Part shown: in pieces, positions 51,861 to 60,014 of the stretch
Position numbering within the stretch: position 1 is the first letter of the stretch
Layout of the letters: every line of letters starts with the position of its first letter
Assembly: GCA_038064015.1 (NCBI GenBank)
Contig: JBBTUB010000023.1
Location: 369 to 64,368 of the forward strand
DNA: 64,000 nt
Source: Patescibacteria group bacterium
GTDB lineage: Bacteria > Patescibacteriota > Minisyncoccia > 2-02-FULL-40-12 > IGHO2-01-FULL-4-A
Direction: 5' to 3'
Program-made: the position numbers and the translations under genes
Notes under the pieces: generated by a model
What the model saw: only the letters and a program-made list of their open reading frames with translations
Databases searched by the model: none
What the model was told of the DNA's origin: nothing

Positions 51861-51884
51861 CATACTCGAAAGTGAGGTGGCCAC

Positions 51885-52112
51885 ATGGCTACATTGACCG
51901 ATTCTTCGAAGAGGAAACTCGATTCGCTCGAACGCGGAGAGGGATTCGTCAGCATCCGCATGGACCAGGGGACGCTGGCAAACCAACTCGCCGAGATGAG
52001 CGAGGCCGAACTGAGGGGTGTCCTGAGGAAGCTTCGGAACACGACCGACGGCTTCAAGGGGTTCCACGGCAAGCTCAACACCTCGCTCACCAAGCTCCTC
52101 GAGCACGAGTAA
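51885..52112 (+). CDS. 75 aa hypothetical protein, antisense within the pur operon
   Basis: GAGGTG SD, GC3-rich codons, own promoter and terminator. Confidence 0.65.
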   Translation: MATLTDSSKRKLDSLERGEGFVSIRMDQGTLANQLAEMSEAELRGVLRKLRNTTDGFKGFHGKLNTSLTKLLEHE

Positions 52113-52137
52113 CCTCTCCTCGTTCTCTTCCTCCCGC

Positions 52138-52166
52138 GCCGGACCCCCTGTGGTCCGGCTTTTTTT
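52138..52166 (+). terminator. Intrinsic terminator
   Basis: GCCGGACC-N6-GGTCCGGC followed by T7. Confidence 0.85.
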
Positions 52167-52220
52167 ATTCCTACACGACATTCCAACATTCTTGAGAATG
52201 TGAGAATGTCGCTCGTATGG

Positions 52221-54806
52221 TTAATAATTTTTGAATGTTTCATGGTAGGCATCGGTGGCTGCTTTGATTGATAGGGTAACGGCGTGAGTGTCCTTTTGGA
52301 TTACGATCGTAGATGAAAGGGACACGGTGCCAATCTGCTTGGCATCCGGTAGCGCCTTTTCAAATGCTTTTTGATTTTCGGGCGAAATTGAAACAATTAT
52401 TCCTGACATTGATTCGTCATTCTTCATTCGTAATTCGACATTCATACCCAGCTGCCCCCCAATCGCGGATTTTGCCAGCGCCACATAAACTCCACCACGC
52501 CCGATACTGATTCCTGAATTGATGAGATTTTTCTGGACGGCTTTGAAGTAAGCTTTTAGGTTGTAGGTGTTAGCTTTTAGGAGATAGATTAAATCGCCGG
52601 GGGTTTTGAGATCTTCAGTCACCGTCTTCGTGACATCGGGAATCACACCAAGCGCAGAGATCAGTAGTGTAGGCAGGATCGAAATCTTGATCGGCTTGCC
52701 AGCGGCATCATAGCCTTTGAAGTCATTGAACATGCTGTCTTTGCCGGAAATAAACGGCGTACCGTAGGCGACCGCGGTATCGTACGCGCCGCGGCAGGCT
52801 TCTTTGAGTTGCCAGAGCCGCTCGGGATCGTTGGAACTGCACCAGCAAAAATTATCGAGCAAAGCGATATAGTCCGGATCGGCGCCGATCGCAACGGCAT
52901 CTTGGATTGCCTGTTCGATCACATACTTCGCCATTTCATAGGGGTTTTCTTCGGTCATCTCGGGCGCTAACGCATGACTCATGACAATGCCGCGTTTTGA
53001 TCCCAGCACGGGTGCCAGCACCGATGAGTTGCCATTAATCATCCCCTTCCCCTGGAGCGGACCAATGACTGCGGTACCTTGGACGGTGTGGTCGTACTGG
53101 CGAGAGACAAATTCGTAGCTTGTGATATTTGGACTCGCCAGTAGTTCTAAGAGTTTTTGATTTGATATTTTAGAATTTGAAATTTGTTTGTGATTTGGTG
53201 CTTGTGGCTTGGTGCTTTTTTGTATCTTCACCGGACGTCCGTCATGCAAAAACTTCATATCAAGATCCAGTACCGTCTTACCATGATACTTCACGACGCA
53301 TTTTTTTGATTTTGTAAATTTCCCGATCACCGTCGCCTCAACACCGCGACGAGCCATCAGGTCGCTAAATTTCTTCCATTTTGAGGGTGGCACAGCCAGC
53401 GTCATGCGCTCCTGTGACTCCGAGATCCAGATTTGCCATGGCTCCAGGCCCGGATATTTGAGCGGAACTTTATCGAGCTCGACTTCACAGCCGCCTGATT
53501 CTTTTGCCATTTCTCCGACGGAGCATGACAAACCTCCTGCGCCGTTGTCTGTAATACTGTGATAGAGGCCAAGGTCGCGTACTTCTCTAATAAGGACGTC
53601 ACTGAATTTTTTTTGAGTAATCGGATCACCGATCTGGACAGCAGAGGCGGGACTAAGCGGATTTAAGGATTCTGATGAAAATGTCGCTCCATGAATGCCA
53701 TCAGCACCCACGCGTCCACCCAACATGACAATGTAATCGCCGGGCAAAGCTTTTTTGATATGCGATTGTTTGCCGTGAACTTTTCTAGGGATCAGGCCCA
53801 CCGTCCCCGCAAATACCAAGGGCTTCCCTCGGTAGCGATCATCGAAATACAAGAATCCTTGCGGCGTCGGAATGCCCGATTGATTACCACCGGCATTGAT
53901 GCCCTCGATGACGCCGTCCATAATTTGACGCGTAGAAAGCATCGGTTGGGTGAGCCTCACATCACGATATAGTTTTTGAATATTATTCAATGGAGCCAGA
54001 CAAAATCCATACACATTTGCGATCGGCTTCGCCCCAAGTCCAAATCCGAGAGTATCGCGATTGACTGCGACAATTCCGGTAATCGCTCCTCCGAACGGAT
54101 CAATTGCCGAAGGCGCATTATGCGTCTCGACTTTGTGAGTGATGAGATAGTTATCGTCAAATGCAATCGCCCCTGAATTATCACTAAAAACTGAAACGCA
54201 GAATTTTTTGTTTATTTTCTTCGTCGCGGCTTTTATATAGTGCCGGTACAGCCCATCTTTGATCTCATCGAGCGGATCGGCAAAAATCGTATGCTTGCAA
54301 TGCTCTGACCAAGTCTGCGCCAACGCTTCAAGCTCGACATCAGTCACCACGTTTCGGTAATCTCTGATCGCTCGCATCGAAGCAAGGTCAAGCGCAAGCG
54401 TGCGCTCTTGGCTTATTTGCATCAGCTCTTCGTCGCTGACATTGAGATCGATTTTTTGGGCCTGGTGCGGTGGTGGGAGCACGACTCGAGGAACAGGCAA
54501 AAATTTATTTCTCGACGCACGCTGGATTAAGGGATTAAAAGCAGGCGGGTTTTTGAAATAAATACTCGAGGAATACGTGCGGTGGCCGAGCATTTCGGTT
54601 GCCGTATTGCCGACGTTATCAGTCACCCCCGGCAAAAACCCAATCTCAATAAACGGCGGCTTTGCCGTGATCACTTCCTCAATGAGCGGGTTAAGCAAAA
54701 GCGCTGTACAGCGCTTGATTTCTTTCGCAGAGAGACGGGCATCGATCGTATACACCGAGGCCTTTGAGTTGTCGAGTCTTGAGATAATCGTGATCCAGAC
54801 TGCCAT
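52221..54806 (-). CDS. purL: FGAM synthase subunit PurL with a degenerate N-terminal PurS-like region
   Basis: WSEHCKH, KVETHNAPS, DGIHGA, DNGAGG, SESQERM, ISGKDSM; N-terminal LNPLIE / PGVTDNVG / NPLIQ. Confidence 0.96.
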   Translation of the reverse strand: MAVWITIISRLDNSKASVYTIDARLSAKEIKRCTALLLNPLIEEVITAKPPFIEIGFLPGVTDNVGNTATEMLGHRTYSSSIYFKNPPAFNPLIQRASRNKFLPVPRVVLPPPHQAQKIDLNVSDEELMQISQERTLALDLASMRAIRDYRNVVTDVELEALAQTWSEHCKHTIFADPLDEIKDGLYRHYIKAATKKINKKFCVSVFSDNSGAIAFDDNYLITHKVETHNAPSAIDPFGGAITGIVAVNRDTLGFGLGAKPIANVYGFCLAPLNNIQKLYRDVRLTQPMLSTRQIMDGVIEGINAGGNQSGIPTPQGFLYFDDRYRGKPLVFAGTVGLIPRKVHGKQSHIKKALPGDYIVMLGGRVGADGIHGATFSSESLNPLSPASAVQIGDPITQKKFSDVLIREVRDLGLYHSITDNGAGGLSCSVGEMAKESGGCEVELDKVPLKYPGLEPWQIWISESQERMTLAVPPSKWKKFSDLMARRGVEATVIGKFTKSKKCVVKYHGKTVLDLDMKFLHDGRPVKIQKSTKPQAPNHKQISNSKISNQKLLELLASPNITSYEFVSRQYDHTVQGTAVIGPLQGKGMINGNSSVLAPVLGSKRGIVMSHALAPEMTEENPYEMAKYVIEQAIQDAVAIGADPDYIALLDNFCWCSSNDPERLWQLKEACRGAYDTAVAYGTPFISGKDSMFNDFKGYDAAGKPIKISILPTLLISALGVIPDVTKTVTEDLKTPGDLIYLLKANTYNLKAYFKAVQKNLINSGISIGRGGVYVALAKSAIGGQLGMNVELRMKNDESMSGIIVSISPENQKAFEKALPDAKQIGTVSLSSTIVIQKDTHAVTLSIKAATDAYHETFKNY

Positions 54807-54809
54807 ATG

Positions 54810-55874
54810 CTAGTGTAGCAGAGGCGGAATCTTTGAGTCAATCAGGAAGATAATAATGCCGATGATCGCCCCAATGGCGGAGACCATCCAAAAACGCATG
54901 GTGACTTTGGTCTCATGCCAGCCTTTTGCCTCAAAATGATGATGAATGGGCGTGGAGAGAAATATTTTTTTGCCACGGAATTTTTTGGAAATCATTTGCA
55001 CAATTACCGAGAGCGATTCAAAGACAAAAATGCAGCCAATAGGAATCAGCAACAGCGGAGTATTCGTCAACATCGCGATCACCCCCAGCACCACACCCAG
55101 CGACATAGATCCCGTGTCCCCCATGAAAAACCGTGCCGGAAAAATATTGAACCACAAAAACGCCACGAGCGATCCCATGATCGCGCCGATAAACGCGACG
55201 AGATCAAGCCGCCCCTGGTCAAAGGCGATGACACCGTAGGCGCCGAGGCTCGTCAAAAAAATCCCCGCGGCCAGGCCATCGAGGCCGTCAGTTTCGTTGG
55301 CCGAAAACGCCGTCGAGACAATCACCACAATAAAAAACAATAGATACCAGCCTCCAATTACCACATCGCCAAGAAATGGGACATTGATCGAGTTAAATTC
55401 CAGCTTGTAATAAAACCACCACGCACCAATCGTCGCGATGATGAGATACAGTAAAATACGAAGCTTCATCTGGAGTCCACCGCCGTTGGGACCTTTTTTG
55501 AAAACGCCAAAAAGATCATCGAAGCCTCCTAGAACTCCGGCAAATACCATGACCGCCAAGGGTAACCAGGTTTGGGGTCGCGAGAAAAAATTTACCCGAT
55601 CCCAAAAGGTTGAGAATAGCGTCAAGAATGCCACGGTCCCCCACACGAGCACGCCTCCCATCGTGGGAGTTCCCTCCTTGGCTTTGTGAAGCTCATGAAA
55701 CACCGGCGCCGAATCCGATGAGCGAAGCTGCTTGCCCAAGCGATATTTAAAAAGGATCCGTGTCCAGAGCGGCGTGAGCGCCAGGGTAAGAAAAAACGAA
55801 ATCGCCACGACCGCGAAAATTCGGACGACGTTGAATACATTAAAAATCTCTGCGACGTCTACGGTTGTTCCCAT
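54810..55874 (-). CDS. mraY: Phospho-N-acetylmuramoyl-pentapeptide transferase
   Basis: KEGTPTMGG, DD, NETDGLDGL, FMGDTGS, PIHHHFE. Confidence 0.97.
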   Translation of the reverse strand: MGTTVDVAEIFNVFNVVRIFAVVAISFFLTLALTPLWTRILFKYRLGKQLRSSDSAPVFHELHKAKEGTPTMGGVLVWGTVAFLTLFSTFWDRVNFFSRPQTWLPLAVMVFAGVLGGFDDLFGVFKKGPNGGGLQMKLRILLYLIIATIGAWWFYYKLEFNSINVPFLGDVVIGGWYLLFFIVVIVSTAFSANETDGLDGLAAGIFLTSLGAYGVIAFDQGRLDLVAFIGAIMGSLVAFLWFNIFPARFFMGDTGSMSLGVVLGVIAMLTNTPLLLIPIGCIFVFESLSVIVQMISKKFRGKKIFLSTPIHHHFEAKGWHETKVTMRFWMVSAIGAIIGIIIFLIDSKIPPLLH

Positions 55875-56788
55875 GAATGTGCTTTTTTACCCCACGCGAT
55901 TAAGTTCGCCATCTCGACAAATCGTTGATCCGACCCCAGCACGACGGCAAGAAGCGTATCTTCACGATCCCCGACACGCACCGCCAACGTGAGCGTGCCC
56001 TTAGCTCCCGTGGTATTACCAGTCTTCCCGAGAATAATACCGCTCAGCGTCGAAAGCAACTGGTCAGTATTGATCGCACGATAGCCTTTCCCTGCCTCAG
56101 ACGTGATCGAGATTTCTTTGGATCGCAAGGCTTCGCCAATGAGCGGATAGGCCTCCGCGGCTCGCAGCATCGTGATCACATCGGTCGCGGTGGAGTACGT
56201 GTCGGCATCGCTCAATCCCGCCGGATCATCGAAGTGAGTATTGGCCATGCCAAGCGCCTTTGCTTTTTCATTCATGAGCCCGACAAAATTAAGTCCCTGG
56301 CGATACGCGGTCGTCGCGAAGACCGACACGGCATCGTTGGAGGATTTGACGAGCATGATTTTAAAAAGATCGGCCCCCAGAAACTTCTCGCCTCGCGCAA
56401 AATCCGCTCCCATGCCATCAAGATTACGGTCCTCGGCGGAAACTTCATACATCGCGCCAAGATCAAGATGATCAAGAATCACCATGGCGCTCATAAGCTT
56501 GGTGATAGACGCAATCGGAAGACGAGCCTCGGCGTTTTTGGCATAGAGCACGCGATTGCTTTTGGCATCGATAAGCAGTACCGCGCGCGCTTTCATATCC
56601 GGCTCGGCAATATTGAAATCGCGAACCGGCGAATAGGATGCCTGGGAAACGGGGAGGATAAAAGCCTGGACGTTTTCGATAATGGCAGGGGGGAGCGGCT
56701 CGCCCGGCTGCCCGGCAGGGTGCCATAGCAAAAAACCTCCGATTCCCAGTACCATGCCGATCAATAACGTAAACGCGGTTTTTTTCAT
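55859..56788 (-). CDS. dacA: D-alanyl-D-alanine carboxypeptidase (S11)
   Basis: PIASITK, SSND, GKTG; N-terminal TM. Confidence 0.88.
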   Translation of the reverse strand: MKKTAFTLLIGMVLGIGGFLLWHPAGQPGEPLPPAIIENVQAFILPVSQASYSPVRDFNIAEPDMKARAVLLIDAKSNRVLYAKNAEARLPIASITKLMSAMVILDHLDLGAMYEVSAEDRNLDGMGADFARGEKFLGADLFKIMLVKSSNDAVSVFATTAYRQGLNFVGLMNEKAKALGMANTHFDDPAGLSDADTYSTATDVITMLRAAEAYPLIGEALRSKEISITSEAGKGYRAINTDQLLSTLSGIILGKTGNTTGAKGTLTLAVRVGDREDTLLAVVLGSDQRFVEMANLIAWGKKAHSWEQP

Positions 56789-56961
56789 AGACTCTGAATT
56801 CCTCCGATAATGCTCACGATAATCAAAAACGTAAATATGCCGATGCCGACATAGTACATCAGAATCGCGAACTTCGTCGCCATCGGGTTGTGCATGTTCG
56901 AGTCACGAATGACAATCCCCACTCCATAAAAAATTATCGCGATAATTCCCAGCCAGATCAT
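56785..56961 (-). CDS. 58 aa two-TM membrane microprotein (MIWLGIIAIIFYGVGIVIRDSNMHNPMATKFAILMYYVGIGIFTFLIIVSIIGGIQSL)
   Basis: ATGA overlaps at both ends (aspS stop and dacA start); absent from the ORF track. Confidence 0.75.
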   Translation of the reverse strand: MIWLGIIAIIFYGVGIVIRDSNMHNPMATKFAILMYYVGIGIFTFLIIVSIIGGIQSL

Positions 56962-58340
56962 TTTTTGATTTGCAAATGCAATTCTTTTAATTGTTTCTCC
57001 TCAAGTTCCGACGGCGAATGCATCATGAGGTCACGAGCATCGCCGGTTTTCGGAAATGGGATGATCTCGCGGATATTCGGCTCCCCCGCCAAGAGCATAA
57101 TAAATCGATCAAAACCCCAGGCGATCCCTCCGTGCGGCGGCGCGCCATACGAAAAAGCCTCAAACATGTGCTTAAAATCGCTTTGGATCTTCTCCTCGCT
57201 CAATCCGATGATATCAAGCACCGCTCGAAGCGCCTCCGGCTTGTGGTTGCGAATACTCCCGCCGCCGATTTCGTTGCCATTCAACACAATATCATATTGG
57301 GAAGTAAGAATATGCTCGATGTTTTTGGCACCCATAAGATCCTCCTTGTGTTCCGGCTTCGGAGCAGAAAAAGGATTGTGGGTGAATGTCCATCCGCCTG
57401 TTTCTGTTTTCTCGAAAAACGGGAAATCAACCACCCAGCAAAACGCCAAGAGATTCGGATCGTTTTTGTCTTCACGAACATCCGGCCGGTCGGTTTGGTA
57501 TGTTTCCATCGCCTCTTGATACCTCAAGCGTGGAAATGGAATCTGCTGAATTTTTTTTTCGGGAGTAAGTTTTTGGACAATTTCAATCAGCAACGCTTCG
57601 GTCAACGCCATGACATCTTCGCGCTCGACAAACGACATCTCAAGGTCAAGCTGGGTAAATTCAGGCTGTCGATCCCCTCGTGTGTCTTCATCGCGAAAAC
57701 AGCGTGCGATCTGGAAATATTTTTCCACACCCGCAACCATGAGGAGTTGCTTATACTGCTGGGGAGACTGTGGCAAGCCGTAGAATTTCCCGGAATAAAG
57801 CCGAGATGGCACGACATACGTCCGGGCGCCGGTATCGACGGTTGCCTTGGTCAGGATTGGCGTCTCGATCTCATAAAAACCCTGGCCATCCAAATAATCC
57901 CGAATAAGCTTGGTCACGTGGTGGCGAAGTTTGAGATTCTTTTGCATACGCTCCCGGCGTAAGTCCAAGTAGCGATACTGCATCCGAATTTCTTCATCGA
58001 TTTCTTTCCCATCAGTATCGAGCGGGAAGGGCGCAGTCTGCGCGCTGGAAAGCACCTCAAGCGTCTCAGGCTGGAGCTCCACCTTGCCGGTCGGAATCTC
58101 GGGGTTGATCATTTTCTCCGGGCGGGCGGCAACCGTGCCGGTAATTTTGACGACATACTCGGACCGAAGCTGATTTGCCTGCTCATAGAGCGCGCCCGTA
58201 AAGACAACCTGAACCACGCCGGATCGGTCGCGCAGGTCGATAAAAATCAGCTTGCCGTGATCTCGCCTGGTATGCACCCACCCAAAAACCTCCACCTGCT
58301 CTCCGACCTTGTCTTTGGTATCTAAAATATGCGTCCGCAT
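56958..58340 (-). CDS. aspS: Aspartate--tRNA ligase, short form without GAD insert, probably non-discriminating
   Basis: RRDHGKLIFIDLRD, LPQSPQQYKQLLM, CFRDED, PPHGG, FPKT. Confidence 0.96.
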   Translation of the reverse strand: MRTHILDTKDKVGEQVEVFGWVHTRRDHGKLIFIDLRDRSGVVQVVFTGALYEQANQLRSEYVVKITGTVAARPEKMINPEIPTGKVELQPETLEVLSSAQTAPFPLDTDGKEIDEEIRMQYRYLDLRRERMQKNLKLRHHVTKLIRDYLDGQGFYEIETPILTKATVDTGARTYVVPSRLYSGKFYGLPQSPQQYKQLLMVAGVEKYFQIARCFRDEDTRGDRQPEFTQLDLEMSFVEREDVMALTEALLIEIVQKLTPEKKIQQIPFPRLRYQEAMETYQTDRPDVREDKNDPNLLAFCWVVDFPFFEKTETGGWTFTHNPFSAPKPEHKEDLMGAKNIEHILTSQYDIVLNGNEIGGGSIRNHKPEALRAVLDIIGLSEEKIQSDFKHMFEAFSYGAPPHGGIAWGFDRFIMLLAGEPNIREIIPFPKTGDARDLMMHSPSELEEKQLKELHLQIKK

Positions 58341-58395
58341 ATGAGTATCCTACTATGAAATGGGAAAATAACAAAGCCCCTCGGAATCATATCAC

Positions 58396-58425
58396 TTGAC
58401 TCATTGATATAATATATGCTATACT
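58396..58425 (+). promoter_or_regulatory. Sigma70-type promoter TTGACT-N18-TATACT with TG extension
   Basis: TTGACTCATTGATATAATATATGCTATACT upstream of 58474. Confidence 0.65.
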
Positions 58426-58473
58426 ATTATCACGCTGGTAACAGGGCCAGCAAGATCAAGGAGTGGTATCATT

Positions 58474-58914
58474 ATGAGTCAGTTGGAAGTCGTTTGCATC
58501 GGCGTCATCATCGGCATCGTTTTCCTGATCGTCGGCTGGTACGCCGGCAAGAAGTCAGGGAAGAATGTGGGATTCGACTGGGGGGTTGGGCAGTTCAAGA
58601 AGCGCCTCCTCCCTGGAGACAAGCTGGTCGCCATCGGGGGGCCCTTCGACTTCGTCCGCATACTGCAGGATCGGGGACTCTTCAACAACTACCAGCCGGT
58701 GACCCATGTCATGGCCGCGATCATCCGCAAAGAAGCTGGCGGCGAGGTCCTCCTCAGGACCGAACTCGCCGAAGAGAACTTCGCGGACGGGGCGACCCTA
58801 CACAACGTTACCCACGGCGACAACATGTACGTCAACACCGGAGGCAAGGTCGAGAGAGGCGACATGCCCGACGTGATCCTACGCGTTGTCAACAGCAATC
58901 GCAGGGTCGTCTGA
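58474..58914 (+). CDS. Hypothetical protein with N-terminal TM helix
   Basis: GGAG SD, GC3-rich codons, downstream hairpin. Confidence 0.7.
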   Translation: MSQLEVVCIGVIIGIVFLIVGWYAGKKSGKNVGFDWGVGQFKKRLLPGDKLVAIGGPFDFVRILQDRGLFNNYQPVTHVMAAIIRKEAGGEVLLRTELAEENFADGATLHNVTHGDNMYVNTGGKVERGDMPDVILRVVNSNRRVV

Positions 58915-58959
58915 CCGACGACTAACCCAGTTCCGACGTCCGTCTCGTCAACGGCAATC

Positions 58960-58989
58960 CCCCGGAGCTCGACCTAGTCGGCTCCGGGG
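58960..58989. terminator. GC-rich hairpin, probable terminator between convergent genes
   Basis: CCCCGGAGC...GCTCCGGGG. Confidence 0.65.
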
Positions 58990-59008
58990 TGTTCTAATTT
59001 TACTCACT

Positions 59009-60004
59009 TCATGTCTGTAATTCAGAGAACCAATAATTGACATCGTTGGTTATTTCCCGCATCGCAAACGCAATCCCCTCTTGGTCTTTTTCTTGATAGG
59101 TATGCGCAAGTTTACCAATTCCCACATAGATTCTCCAAAGATTGAAATTGAAATCAAAATTTCTAGAAAAAATCTCTCGGTCGGTGTATCCGGCCATGAG
59201 GTCATTCACCTCATAGCTATCTTTATGAGAGAAGTGCCAGCGCGCAAAATCAAGTATCGGATCCCCTCCCTCTGCCATTTCAAAATCTAGGATGCCGACT
59301 ACTTTTTGATCTTCGACTAAAATATGCTTCGGCTCAAAATCATTATGTACCAGGTGTGGTTTAATACTCGGATATGACACAGCCCCCCGCTCCATGATTT
59401 CAAAAGCTCGCAAAAGTACCGCCTCATCAAATCCGGTGGCCTTTGCGATTTCAAGCATTTTTGCTTTCCCGATATACAGGTCGGTGAAAACTTCTTGAAC
59501 TGACGAATACCTGCCTTTGCCATATTCATCAAATAACCCAAAGCCCTCCACCGGTATTGAGTGTATTCTTGCAAGAATTCCACCAGCTTGAGTCAATAAA
59601 GATCTTTTCTCTTCATTGGTCAACGTACCTACCTCATCAAAGGGAGTCCCGGGCAGCTCAGACTCTATCGATGCATTATAGGCAACGCCTCCAATATGCA
59701 TCGTGTCAATTAGTAAAACTTTTGGGACAGAAATACCTGCTTGTAAACATTGCTCAAGAACCCACTGCTCTTCTCGTAATCTACTGTACCCTGTGTCACG
59801 AGAAATCCGTACGACGAACTTTTCTCCTGATGTAACCGTGACAGTATACACTTCATTACTCTTCCCTTTGACCATTCTTTCCATTTTCTGTATGGGAGAA
59901 GATGCGATTCTTTGAACGAGTGCTTCAATGGCTTGAACCGGAGCAGTCTCGGTTTCTGCTCTGCGTCGAGCAGGAGCGCCCAGATATATTGGATTTCTAT
60001 CCAT
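59009..60004 (-). CDS. APH/choline kinase-family phosphotransferase
   Basis: GKSNEVY, VVRI, E, VPKV, LVHNDF..KHIL, ILDFE, GDPILD. Confidence 0.88.
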   Translation of the reverse strand: MDRNPIYLGAPARRRAETETAPVQAIEALVQRIASSPIQKMERMVKGKSNEVYTVTVTSGEKFVVRISRDTGYSRLREEQWVLEQCLQAGISVPKVLLIDTMHIGGVAYNASIESELPGTPFDEVGTLTNEEKRSLLTQAGGILARIHSIPVEGFGLFDEYGKGRYSSVQEVFTDLYIGKAKMLEIAKATGFDEAVLLRAFEIMERGAVSYPSIKPHLVHNDFEPKHILVEDQKVVGILDFEMAEGGDPILDFARWHFSHKDSYEVNDLMAGYTDREIFSRNFDFNFNLWRIYVGIGKLAHTYQEKDQEGIAFAMREITNDVNYWFSELQT

Positions 60005-60014
60005 GAGATAACGA

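Noticed and set aside
51813-52181. Minus-strand ORF ending in a His7 tract, located where purS might be expected
   Set aside because: No PurS motifs; the His run is the reverse of the (ATG)7 promoter spacer; SD, codon bias and terminator favour the plus-strand gene.
52179-52209. ACATTCCAACATTCTTGAGAATGTGAGAATGT inverted/direct repeat after purL
   Set aside because: Single short occurrence, plausibly a 3' hairpin; not enough evidence for an operator.
56991-57962. 323 aa plus-strand ORF
   Set aside because: Antisense shadow of aspS with no recognisable motifs.
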